From positions 3,844,001 to 3,908,000 of the forward strand of contig OZ193910.1 of assembly GCA_964276515.1 (NCBI GenBank): 64,000 nucleotides of DNA, given 5' to 3'. The DNA is from Gordius albopunctatus. Lineage: Eukaryota. Positions 25,501 to 37,795 of the stretch are shown here, piece after piece. Position 1 is the stretch's first letter, and each line of letters opens with the position of its first letter. Both the position numbers and the translations under genes were made by a program. The notes beneath the pieces are model-generated. The model was not told where the DNA came from, did no database searches, and saw only the letters and a program-made list of their open reading frames with translations.

Positions 25501-28018
25501 ACATGAAATGTAAAAGACAAAATGGGTCAAATAATAAAATAAACTATTCTAATATAGCGTCATCGAGAGGATCTTCCGAAATTGGCCAAGAATCATTAGG
25601 GTCCTGATACTTATAAAAACCGAATTAAAGTGGCATTAAGATTGACAATGAAAGGTATTGATAACTTAGGAGGAGGCTTGAAAGTAACAATGGGATCAAA
25701 TGGAGAGAAGCTAATAAAATGAAACATGACTTTTTAGCAGAAGCAGAGCATTGATAGTATCACAATACATTTATTTTAAGACTTTTTTGCATGTAATTTA
25801 AGGGAAATTATTTTCTATCTAAACTTTTTATCCATTATAAACACCGAGGAAAGCTTCATATTTGAGGATTTCATCAAAAAAATGGTCATAAACTAATACT
25901 TAAAAAGCATTCAATTGCTTTTAAGCAACAAATTGTGTACCATAATTCAGAAAGTAAAAAAACTTGAAATAACACAAAAATTTAAATTTAATTAAACATA
26001 TTTAGCCCCTATATTATAAGCTAAATCAAGCAATTATTAACTTTTACTATTAACTACGCAATTAATAGAAAGCACAAACCTGTCATTAAGGGCAGTTGAT
26101 TTGGAGTTACTCCTAGTTTCGTGACCAGTGCTACTAGAATTTGCTGGGGAGATGGCTCGCCCTGATTTAGTGTCGTCAGGACCTTTCAGCATTTTTTCCC
26201 TCTCACGTTTCTCTCTGCCCTTTTCCCTTATTTTTTCCCTGTACTTTTCATCTTTCTATATTATAACACGTGAAACATTTTAAAATAACGAGGATAATTT
26301 CATGATTTCTAAGGCTGATGTATGAATACCAATTTACCTGACGTAGCATGATAATAATTTACATGCATATCTTGCGTTCCAATGATTTGGTATTAAAACG
26401 TTAGTCAAAGCATTAAATAAAAAAAACTTTAGGGTTAAATCTTGATGTCACTAATATATGATGTAAGGTGTAAAATACTTGAGACACAGAGGTTTGAAGG
26501 TTGCTACTTTAATATTTTATAAATCTAACTTTAGATTCGTGACTTTTCATTCCCACCATCCTATGGTTTCGCAAAATTTATTATATTTATACTAAAAATC
26601 ACCTCGCAGAAATAGGTGTGAATATTAAAAAAAAACTAATTATATTCATTGGCATCAATACACTTACCACCACCCTTGTATTTGACCATGGTTAGAATGA
26701 TAGCATGAGTAGTGGTCAATTTAGTTGATTACAAATATTTTGCATAAGCAAAAATAATTTATGACACTTATAATAACCCGTAATGGCATAAGACAAAAGA
26801 CACAAAAAATAAGTAATTGCTTACGTGCAAAAATGACCTTAGGGAAGAGTTTATGGCAGGTAATACACGTATATTGATATTTGATGCTTAATAATTTTGA
26901 ATTTACAAACCATGTTACAAATTATAAGAGTTTATAAAGGAAATTATCCAAATATTTTTATATTAAATTACTATATTGTTCTCCTTGAAACGTAGTATCT
27001 CTTTGGATATGACCTCAGTTTTTTCTTCGTCCAAAACTATATTCTAATAAATAGTAAGGATTTAAATAAAAAGGTCATTCATAAAATATAATTACCCCCA
27101 ATTTTTGTGTCTTAGACAATTTTTCTTTTGTTGCTTGCAACTGGTCATCTAAGCATGAACAGTCATTAAAAGTTTTTTGATTTTTTAAATTACTTTCTTG
27201 AGTATATGCAGGAATATTGTCTTTTACATATTTCTTAATTTCATCCATTATTGCTTTATCTTTCTTCTTTATCAATGGGTCCAGCCATTCACCATCCATT
27301 TCATCGTCATCCTCTTCTCCTTCCTCTTTGTTTAGAGAAGCATCAGACTCAGTTATTCCTATTTCTTTCTTTTTTGCTTTTCTATATTCCTTTAATTTAT
27401 CCTTTGTTTTGGCATCTACTTTGACCTAAAAGCAGATAGGAGTCATTTTTGTCGAAAATAAAAATACTTACCACTAGCTTTTTCCCAGCTAAATCAAAGT
27501 CGTGAAGAAGTCTTATTGCACGAAGTGTTGACTCAGGATGATCATATTCACAAAATCCAAATGCTAACATATATATAAGCAATTTTAATTTTTAAATTAC
27601 CTTGTAACTTGCCTCCAACACCCACGACACGTTTCCAACCAACAATATTTCCCATTTTACCAAATATTGTTTTGACTAATATGTCTGAAGCTTTGTCATT
27701 AATATTTCCAATAAATATTGTTGTAGCAGAATTAGATGGTTTAGAGGCAGGAACATTCTTGAAAAAGATTTATATTGCAATTAGTATAATGTTACTATTT
27801 TTGGCAAAGCAGATAAGGTGGGCGCAGGAAGGGGTGTCAATGTTGGGGGCACCGAGTGATAATAATATGGCTGTTGATGTTGCATGGGATTTACAGAAAA
27901 AGAGATGGAAGGATTTTGGACATAAACCTAAAAGAATATTAATTTTATAAACAAAGTAATTTACTGCTCCGGGTAATACTCCGATGGGAAGCATTGGTGA
28001 ATTTGAGAAGGGATACAT
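19525..28018 (-). CDS. RBM25: RNA-binding protein 25 (RRM, RE/RD-rich region, PWI); splicing factor
   Basis: Exons 5'->3': 28018-27965, 27927-27796, 27757-27601 (TTIFIGNI...WKRV), 27563-27472 (FGFCEYDHPESTLRAIRLLH), 27425-27096, 27043-26972, 26255-26080, 25401-25191, 24989-24826 (EAKRLREFLEDY), 24455-24305, 22123-21868, ~21423-21196, 20682-20578, 20361-20237 (IEKIPTTKPQLFAYEIDW), 19965-19819 (RIRPWINKKIIEYIGEEEPTLV), 19623-19525 (VLDEEAEVFVVKMWRLLIYE). Boundaries of the middle low-complexity exons are less certain. Confidence 0.93.
22502..23150. mobile_element. Long-TIR MITE, probably Sola-type, in an RBM25 intron
   Basis: Near-perfect inverted arms of ~165 bp, GGGCCATTCCATG...CATGGAATGGCCC termini, 4-bp TSD AAAT. 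The superfamily call is inferred from the TSD and termini. Confidence 0.85.
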
Positions 28019-29474
28019 TTTTGTAGCAAAATCAAAATGGTGTCCTTAAAACATATGCGTATCGCGAGGAAAACTGGAACACCGGGCTGGCCAGGTTGAT
28101 AACTCAAGTCTACAAGAAAAAATATCCCGCAATCGTGAAAATATTTCCGAGAGATTTTTACGCTGAACATAATAAATGATCAAATTTGGAGGAAGGCAAT
28201 TTAATTTTTTTTAAATTTATAATGCACTTAATGAATTGAATGGCTCTGTGGTGACTTTTTCTTAGCCCTGAGTATATAAAGTAATACAATCATATTCATA
28301 TAAGAATTATATTATAAATATCATATGATACAATTTTAAAAAATTAGCAAGCACAATAAATTATCTATGTGATTTGGAAAAAATATTTTAACTTTTTCTT
28401 CGCACAGTGTAACTGGCGGTTGAAATTTTGCGCTCAAATTCTTTCAACCACTATTAAAAAAATAAGCATTAAATTAATGGCAGATTGAAAAAAGAAAATA
28501 AAGAAATATTTTATTATCCCGGACAAAATCTAATTTTCTATATTATTTTAAAGTCGAAGGATTTTTTCAAATGAAAATTTTGAGCTTTAGTTTTAATCCT
28601 AATAGGTTAAAAAAAACTTATTAATTGTGTCAATTTGGGCATAACGGTTTTGTATTGAGTATAGGCTGCACATGTGAATTAGGACCAATGGAAGGGCTAC
28701 ATAAATTTAAATATTTCAATCCTTTCCATGAGCGTAGATATGGATAGGAACTTGATAAAAATTGAGTGTTTTGGACAAAAATTATAGAAATAATTTGGGG
28801 GCGAATGGGATGGCGAAATCAATTTCTCTTTTGGCATTTTCGTATAATAAAAAAGTAACAAAATAATACATCATCTAAAAATTTCATTAAGCCAGAATTG
28901 CCCGAATCCTAACATCATGCCCGCCCGGGCCCGCCCAAATAAAAAAATTTAGGACATTTACGGGCCGGGCCGGTTCGGGCAGCAGGCTGGGCCGGGCAAT
29001 CTGGTCTATGGTCACAAGAGCATAGAGATAAAGGGTAGGCAGATTAGACCTGATACAAGCAATCGGTCTCAGTGACAATATTAAATAACATTTTTCCGAG
29101 CGTTCCTTGCTAACATACCAACAGGTTGGTAATTAAAACATCAAACATAACCTTAATTCTACAAGTCATACCATGCCATAAACAGCACTGAACAGGTAAA
29201 TCACCAAATATAGCGTCGTTTCATATATACCAGCCGCCTTTCGACCAAACGGCAAGGTGGTGGCAGAATTTAATTAAAACGGTGCAATGTACGACCCCTC
29301 AAACACTCCCTCATCCCACTACCCGGTACCAGTTGATTGATTAAGGGCCGTAAACTGGGAAATAGTCTGTATTACTTCAATGTGCATCAAAATATAGGCA
29401 CAAAATTTAAAAACTTGCCAAATTGCCATGCATTTGAAAGTAATTAAAAACTTTTATTAAATCGGAACAAAAAT

Positions 29475-30250
29475 AACTCGGCCTTCGGCCCTCGTGGGAA
29501 GGTGGAGGGGGAAGGGGAGGAGGGGAAGGGAAGGGGGAACTAAACTTATCTATACTCCGTATAAAAGTAGCATATTTGCTATGCAATTTATGGGCGAGAA
29601 AGGTGGGAAGGGGCGAGAATGCCTATAGGGGGGTATTAAATGCAAAATGATTAGTTAATTATTTATAAAAATTTTCCATCACTTTGGCCAGTGGTGATCT
29701 TTTCTAATGGTTAGCAGACAGCCAAATAACTAGCCTATAATTATAATCAAGAAAAAAAAATCGATTTTAATCTCACTTTGGCCAATGGTCATTTTTTAAT
29801 TGGTAAGTAGCTAGCGGACGGCCAAAAAGTCATATTATCAATGATATTAACAAGAACAATATATTAATTAAATAATAAAAATTTGCCCTCGCCGGGATTC
29901 GAACCCACATCAGTAGAGGCATAAGCCTTTGTAGGGGCACAGGGACCCATATCAGTAGAGGTCTTGTAGGAGGGGCCATAGGGTATTTATCAATGTTAAC
30001 CTAATATACCAATTCAAAAACGAAAAAAAATTTCGAATCACAATTTAGACAATGGTCATTTTTTCCATTGGTCAGTAGCCAGCGGACGGCCAAAAAGTCA
30101 TATTATAAATGGTATTAACAAGAACAATATTATAATTTAATTAAAAAAAAATAAAAATTTTGTCATCTCCGGGTATCGAACCAGCAAGTCAGAACGTTGG
30201 AAGGACGGTCAACGGACACTAAAAAGCGAGCCCATAAATTGCATAGCAAT
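29475..30250 (-). mobile_element. Helentron/DINE-1-like non-autonomous element
   Basis: Perfect 20-bp asymmetric subterminal inverted repeat TTGCTATGCAATTTATGGGC (29576-29595 vs 30230-30249). Terminal GGCC-TTC-GGCC hairpin, degenerate GGAC repeats, internal tandem repeats, no obvious TSD. Confidence 0.75.
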
Positions 30251-31898
30251 TAATATTGGTTTAAATTCGCTCGATGGTTTTTTAATTAACTAATTAAAGA
30301 CGAATCAAATATTTTGTTTTCCATTAATATGACATACTCTACCCTATTCAATAAAACAAATAGTTTAATGTAAAAAATTGATAAATTATTCACCTATCGT
30401 ATCATTCATATGAGAAAAAATCTGTTTATTTCCATGATTGACCTATAATTAATTTTGCCGAGCATTTAATAGAAATTGTACAATTATGAGGCAATCTAGG
30501 GTTAGTGCGAGGATTGTAGTTAGGTCTAGGATCAGAATAGGAGCTCAAGAATCTATTTTTTACATATGATCCTTCACATCTTTACCAATTTTATACGTTT
30601 ATTTCCTAGTGATGTGACGGACGCGCCGAGAGATTTGCTTGAATAATAATATTACGTTCTGTATAAATAAAAGCATTTTAATCAAAAAAAAACAACCATA
30701 CAATAAGTGCTAGTCTCTCTCCTTTTCTTTCAATGTATTTAAATGCGGGTGTACTGCAAACCGACCAGTAGTATATTATTTCTTCATAAAGTGTGGTGCA
30801 TATACTAGAACCTAAATGTATGTTTATAATTATATTAACGCAAAAGGTTGTAAAAATAATAATCCTTTTTTAACCCCGGTTATTAAAAGGAGATAGTTTA
30901 AAGAGAGATACTATTGTGGTTGCACGCTTCTTACCTCTCCCCCATTCTCTCTCTATAAGATGCCAAGCGAGCATTAACCCGACAGGGACCAATGTAACTT
31001 TTAATTTGTGAGTTTGTCCAGCCAAATATAGATTTTAAATTCTATTGAGGCTTGTGTAAAAAAGATGAAAACATAAAAAGCTAATTTGGTATTTAAAAAT
31101 TGTAACACAACACATAATTAAGTTGATGTGAATAAAGTCTCACTTTGTATTTTTATTTGTTTTAAAAATTAAAAAAACAAACAAATTATCTCTATAATAA
31201 ATACCTACTTTTAAAACTAACATGAAATTCCTATATAAAATTATTTTTTAGTTGTTTCCCCTTTTCAACTGGACAGCATTTAATGCCTGTGATAATTTAA
31301 GGTTCTAAACTTATTATTAATAACACCTGGTTAGGCGAGAGTCCTGCATATTGTTTTTTATTGGTCTGAGCTTAATCCAAGCTTGGTGTTTTTATTATGC
31401 CCGTCCAAAAAATAATGTTTTTAAGCTTTTTAAATTATAAACAAAATATTAATTCAGAATCTGAAATTATCTCGTAGCATACATTAAAATTTAATTGCTA
31501 ATAAGTGAGAAAAATCATATAAATTTCGATAAATGATTTTTTAAAAATTAAATTATTTTGCAACGATGGACTTATCATATTTTTAAATTCAATCTTACAA
31601 TTCTGGACTTTGCAGTTAAAAAAAATTATTTGAAATATAATCTGAGAAGCCCGATCATTTTAGTAGAATTCAAGATGCAGCAATCTTCTGAAGCCTGATT
31701 GAGGCTCAAAATAGATCCATAATTGATTTTTTTAATTCTTAGTTGATACAATTATTAATTTATTAGTAGCGTTATTTCTGACGTTCTGTCACCTTATGTA
31801 AATCTTTTTAATCGCAAAATTATTCTTAATAATAGAATAGGAATTAAATATTGTGTTACTTGTTAGCAATAATTTTTTAATAAGAAATTCATTTATTT

Positions 31899-32065
31899 CA
31901 TGGGCGTAGCCAGCATTAGAATTAGAAGGCAGCAATAATGATTTAGGGAAGGCAAAATAAACTTTGTTTAAAATGTTAGCCATAATTTTAATATATTTCA
32001 AGAAATTTTTGGATTTTGAAGAGGGCAGCCGCCCCTCCCTGCCCTCCCCCTTGGCTACGCCCATG
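31899..32065. mobile_element. G-tract MITE (CATGGGCGTAGCC family)
   Basis: TIR CATGGGCGTAGCCA / TGGCTACGCCCATG; perfect TSD ATTTATTT. Confidence 0.9.
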
Positions 32066-32499
32066 ATTTATTTAAGTAAAATTAAGTATTACGCCGCTAT
32101 CGTACTTATTAAATTTTGTATTGCATTACATAAGTTTAAAAAAAATTTCGCGGGGGGGGGGGGTTTTAACCCCAAAACCCTCCCCTTGCGTACGCCATTG
32201 CAAATATTAAAGCTAAACTTGTCAATCTATCTTGGTGACAATCGGCTATTATGAAAATTTTTATTAGTCAAACGCACCGTAATACACCTAAACCAAACCA
32301 AAGGTCGACGAATAAATCAGAATAACCTTTTGCCTATTATAAAAACTGTGACCGCCTAAAGGTTGACTTTACAAGAACACAACTAACCATGAACTCATAG
32401 TAGTATTTAGAAAAAGTCTTTTTTGTTAATATATTAAAAAATTAAAAAATCGTATGCCAAGAAAAATTTCTTTATAAAATATAAGCGAAAATAAATTAA

Positions 32500-32690
32500 T
32501 ATTGAAAATTATGAATTCAAATTAGTGAGCATTTTGGTAAAAATATTGAGCATTATGAATTTTAATCTGAGCATTTTGAAGTGAATTAACTGAACAATTA
32601 TGAATTTTTAGCTGAGCACATTAATAAAATACTGATCACATTTTACTGAGCATTTTTTAATTTATTACTGAGCATTTACATAAAATCCGC
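32500..32690. repeat. Degenerate minisatellite with a recurring (C)TGAGCATT core
   Basis: About 8 TGAGCA-like cores roughly 20 bp apart; probably subterminal repeats of a decayed DNA transposon. Confidence 0.6.
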
Positions 32691-32975
32691 AAAACATTCC
32701 GCAGGCAATAAATCTATAGTTGCAACTTAGTAAAAAACGCTTACTCAGTATATTTATAAACTACTACACATATATAATGATGCCCTGATTTTATTGGTTG
32801 ATTCAACGCCTTACTTTTATAGTTGTTAATATTATTATTTGTAAAATTAGTCATTATGTGATGTGATTCTAATTTACTCATCATCAAACAAAGATTGGGA
32901 TATTTGAGATGCAAAGATAGGGGTTGAAAAATGAGAGGCAAAGTTATTGATAAATTGTTTTGTAAAACAATGTAA

Positions 32976-33255
32976 GGGCTTGTCTTAATATCGGATTCAG
33001 ATTCAAATGGCGCGAATTCATCTTTATCAAATATACGATTCAATTTCATGTGTCAGACTCGGTTTTAATTATTAATATTTTGTTTTTTGATATTTAAATC
33101 CTTTTTTTTATTTCTTTCAACTCTTGAGATTAATCGCTCTTATATTATGCGTCCAAAATGAAAATCTGCTGTGAATTCCAAGTTTAGACACGGCTATGTT
33201 ATAACCCGTATGACGATTTTTGCTGCGCAGCAAAATCCGATATTAAGACAATCCC
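32976..33255. mobile_element. PIF/Harbinger (Tourist-like) MITE
   Basis: TIR GGGCTTGTCTTAATATCGGAT / ATCCGATATTAAGACAATCCC; TAA TSD; second copy at 43214-43578. Confidence 0.85.
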
Positions 33256-33959
33256 TAACACAAACATGGATAGTTATTAAACTACCATCATATTCAGAAT
33301 ATAGATATTATATTTTTTTTTGTGTCATCATGTTTAAACTATGTGCAATCCTACTCCCATATTATTCAAGTATAAATCAATTCAGGGGTTAAATTAATTT
33401 AAAAAAATAATATTTAACAAAGATATTAATTCGGAAATGACATGTATAAACCAAATTAATAAATAGAGATATAAGGATAAAAATCAGATGATAAAAATAG
33501 TTGCAATATATGTAAAAGATAAGGTTAACACTTAACCTTAAATAAATATGTATAAGCCAAATAACAAAAACATTCAATAATTACGTGTAAGCTGATTATA
33601 GTGTTTAAATTCGCTGTAATTACTGACAAATGAATACAGATTATTATCATTTTGGTGTCACATGCTAAAAAAGATAGGGATATGCTATATAGTCAAATTA
33701 GTCTTTAATTAAAATTGCCGATAGATGGCGCTATTTAGGGTTACTTCTAATTGCGGCACTCCTGAAAGGGATTATCATTATCTTCTTGTGATTATTATTA
33801 AACTCGCAATTTATTAATTAATTTCAAATACGAAAAACTTAGTTGTAAATTTTGCAAAACAGGTTTAAATGGCTCTTTAGCAAATAAAACATTAAATACC
33901 AGCATTATTGAAAAACTATTCTGATGAATTTAGATTTGAAACGTGTAAACGCAATTAGT

Positions 33960-34250
33960 TTATTTATTCTCATTGAACTCATGATATCTGAAAATTAAAA
34001 CATTTAACTGTAATTCAATTTTTACTCGATGAATTAAAAAAATGTGTGGCCAAAGTGCCCTGAGGCATATTGCATTTTGAGAATTAGTATGTAAAGTTCT
34101 AACTCAACTCATGTTATCTAAAAATTAAAATTTATGAGAATTATTAAAATTTTACTGGATGAGTTCAAATGGGTGGCTAGATTACCCTGATGCCTAATGT
34201 AATAAGTGACTCGATTGCCATGAAAGAGGCATATTGCACTTGAAGTTATT
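33960..34250. repeat. Imperfect tandem duplication (~130-bp unit)
   Basis: AACTCATG(A/T)TATCT.AAAATTAAAA...TTTTACT.GATGA.TT.AAA...GTGGC...CCCTGA...GAGGCATATTGCA occurs twice. Confidence 0.6.
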
Positions 34251-34775
34251 ATTTAGAATTGCTAAGTTGTTGGATGCTAAATACTTAAATGTAAATAATT
34301 AAAATCTTATTCAAAGTTTTATTACAATTATCCAGCTCTTCAGGATTTTGTGGAATAAGAAATATGTTATTTCATTAAAAAATAATCTATGTCGCATAAT
34401 AAAACATAAAAATTTGAAGTGGAGAAAAATTAGGAGGCTGTAGAGATTTAGATGGGAAGACGCATATCGATGAATATATTATTCGAATATTAGATGAGAT
34501 GACGCATGCTTTGCAAATTTTAACTACATTTTGATTGGTTGTAGATCCTTTGAGTGATAGACCAGTTGAGCAAATGCCGATTCAAAGTATACTTTAAAAA
34601 ACATTAGGAACCTCATCCTCTGCAATTTATGTTTCACCAAACTAAATTAAATGGCAGTTATTCTTCTGCTCTACTAATGATCAAAGTAATTATATTATAT
34701 TTCAAAAATTCGAGGTCTGATAAAAATCTATTTAATAGAATAAATATAAATTTAATCAATTTATCACATAAAAAT

Positions 34776-37700
34776 TGTAGAGGACTTTCGGGAAGTAAAT
34801 ACCAGAAAGATAAAGTAATAATTACTTTATTGTATATCCAATTAAATTAAATCGTTGGAAGAAAAGTAAGTCAGTAAGAAGTGTTTTAAACTCCTTTTTA
34901 TATTCGTGAATTAATTGAATAAATCATTTAAGTTTAGTGGTGCTTACGCGAGGTATAAATCAATCAATTACATTTAGTGGTGAATCCGCGAGGTATGCTT
35001 AATTGGTCAATTAATGTCGCGAAGTAGTAAGGTAATGTAAATGTGTCAATTAAGTTCCAAATAATTTAAGACAATGGACGCAACAAATATTCCGCTGGGT
35101 AAAAACGGAGTTCATATAAAATTAACAAACTTTTTGGGCCAATGAACTTGTCGACCAGACTTGGTAATGGTTGTGTTGGGAAGTGGTAGGCTAGGTTTTG
35201 TGGAAGGTTTTGTAGAAGAAACAATGGTAGGTTGGTTTAAATTTTGGGTCGTTGAGTGATTGTTTGGTTTGGGTGAATTTGGGTCAACTGATGCGAGGAA
35301 TGCTGGCTTTAATCGATCGATCGAGACAGTGACTTTCCTGCCATTGTGGTCTCTGATAAAAAATTTAGTATGTTTTTCAATCACTTTGAAAGGTCCTTCA
35401 TAGGGGGGAACCAAGGCTTTGCGTAGCCGATCAGTCCTTATAAAAACATGATTTGATGTAAATAAATTTTCGGACAATTGTTGTTTGATGTTCGATGGTC
35501 TGGAAGGTGTAAATCGTACATCCTCGAACAGCTGTCTAAGGCGTTGGATGTAATCGGCGGCGTTTATCTAGCAATCCGACGATTGTAAAAAATCTCCTGG
35601 GAGTCGTAAAGAAGTACCGTATACCAAATCCGCGCTTGAACAGGCGAGGTCTTCCTTGACGGTGTTGCGAATCCCTAGGAGTACAAGGGGAATAAGTTCG
35701 GACCAACGGGTAACGTCACCTTTTGTCATGATTGAACTTTTGAGGTGTCGGTGAAATCGCTCCACCATCCCATTGGCTTGTGGATGGTAAGCTGTCGTAT
35801 TGATATGATGATACCCTAATAAAATTGATAATTGTTTCAAAGGGCAGATTGGAATTGCGGTCCCCGGTCCGTGGTTAATGTCGCAGGAACACCAAAGTTG
35901 GCTATCCAGTATGTCAAAAATGTGCGTGCAACGGTTTCGGCTGTTGCGTCAATAATAGGAATTGCAATCGGCCATCGGGTGAAACGATCAACGGCAGTAA
36001 AAATATAAATGTGGCCGTTAGAAGGTGGTAAGGGTCCGACGAGATCTACATGTACGTGGCTAAACCTTGCGTCTGGTTCAGCGAACGTGCCTGGGGTTGA
36101 TATTACATGTCTATTTACCTTGAATTTTTGACACGCAATGCATTACTTTGTCCAATCGCGTACATCTTTGTTCATTCCCGGCCAGACGAAACGTTGGGCA
36201 ATTAGTTTAAGTGTTGGGCGTTAGGCTAGGTGAGAAAGACCATGTAGTTGATTAAAAACTATGCGTCGGAGCGTCCTAGGTACTAAAGGTCTCGAAGTCG
36301 ATGTAGATGTATCGCACGTAATAGTGAAATTTGTACCTGGAATTACGCGTTGTTCCAGTTTAAGACTTTCGAGTTCTTCTAGTTGATATTGCTCTTGTTT
36401 TTGTGTCATAGTAATTCTTTCTGTGAGGGATGTGTTCGGTTGTTGGATGGAGTTTGGTTGTTGTATGGAATCGATATCGATTCGGGACAAAGTGTCTGCT
36501 ACTATATTCGCTTTACCTTTAATAAACTGTATATTTGAAGTGAATTGGGAGATATAGTCTAATTGTCGTATTTCGCGCGGCGAGTATTTATCGGGTTTAG
36601 GAGTGAGAGCGTAAGTTAACGGTTTGTGATCAGTAAAAACTGTAAAATCGCGACCTTCTAAAATATGTCGGTACTGTTTAATTGAAAGATAAATTGCTAG
36701 CAGTTCTCTCCCGAATGTACTGCATCGAGTTTGTGTTTTGCTCAATTTCAGGGTGAAAAGGGATAAAGGACTAATTTCCCCTTTTACGATCTGCTGTAGA
36801 ACGGCTCTAATGGCAGAGTTTGATGCGTCGGTTGTAGTAGAGATGTTGGCACCATCCACTAAATGATTAAGGGTCGAGATTTCATCGCGCATTATTTTTG
36901 TCTTGTGGAATACGTCGTGTGCGCTCTGCGTCATGTCCAAAGGTCCTTTTGCGTCGTTGAAGAGATCAGTCAGTGGTTGTAGATGGAGTGCACAGTTGGG
37001 TATAAAACGCCTGTAAAAATTTAACATTCCCACGAAACGACGTAGTTGTGTCATAGTGGTCGGGGTGGCAAAATTCTTGATGGCTGAGATCTTCTCCGGT
37101 ATTGGCGTTAAACCTTGTGGGGAAACCTGATGTCCTAGCAAATCCAGAGAAGAACGTCTCCATTGGCACTTTTCCAGGTTGATCTTTATATCAAAATCTC
37201 TTAATCGTGTAAAAACTTGACGTAAGTGGTCTAAATGTTCACTAGTTGATGTACTTGCGATCAAAATATCGTCCAAATATGCGAAGGCGAAATTGAGACC
37301 ACGGAGAGCTTGGTCAATGAAGCGTTGGAATGTTTGAGCAGCATTTCGTAAACCAAAAGGCATTCGCAAAAATTCATAAAGACCGAAAGGTGTGGTTATT
37401 GCAGTCTTTGCGATGTCCTCCAAGGCTACGGGTATTTGATGGTAAGCTCTGACTAGATCTATTTTTGTATAGATGATTGTGCCGGCTAGGTTGAGTGAGA
37501 AATCGTGCAGGTGTGGCAAGGGGTAACGATCCGGTATCGTTATAACGTTAAGGGCTCCGTAATCTCCACACGGTGGCCAATCTCCTGGAGTTTTTTTTCG
37601 GAACCATGTGCAGTGGAGAACTCCAGGGGCTTTCTGAGGGTTGAATTATGCCGAGTTCGAGCATGTGTGCAAACTCTTGTTTGGCAACCTTTAGCTTGAC

Positions 37701-37787
37701 AGGATCTAAGCGTCCAGGTCTGGCATAAACGGGTGGTCCTAGTGTACGTATGTGGTGGACTACTTGGTGGCTTACGCGTGACCTGTA
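34776..37787 (-). mobile_element. Gypsy/Ty3 LTR retrotransposon, 3' half (RT, RNase H, integrase, probable 3' LTR), degenerate
   Basis: RT ([23 protein letters not shown]), RNase H (TDAS, ELLAI, FTDHKPL, ADTLSR), integrase (HGLSH...CIACQ, TDRGPQF, ANGMVERFH, PPYEGPF). Putative LTR at 35085-34776 (TGTTG...CTACA, contains AATAAA). Gag, protease and 5' LTR are absent. Confidence 0.93.
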
Positions 37788-37795
37788 ATTAATTT

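Noticed and set aside
19626..27000. Intronic snoRNAs in RBM25
   Set aside because: No convincing C/D box pair or H/ACA structure found by eye; a cmscan/snoscan run would be needed to exclude them.
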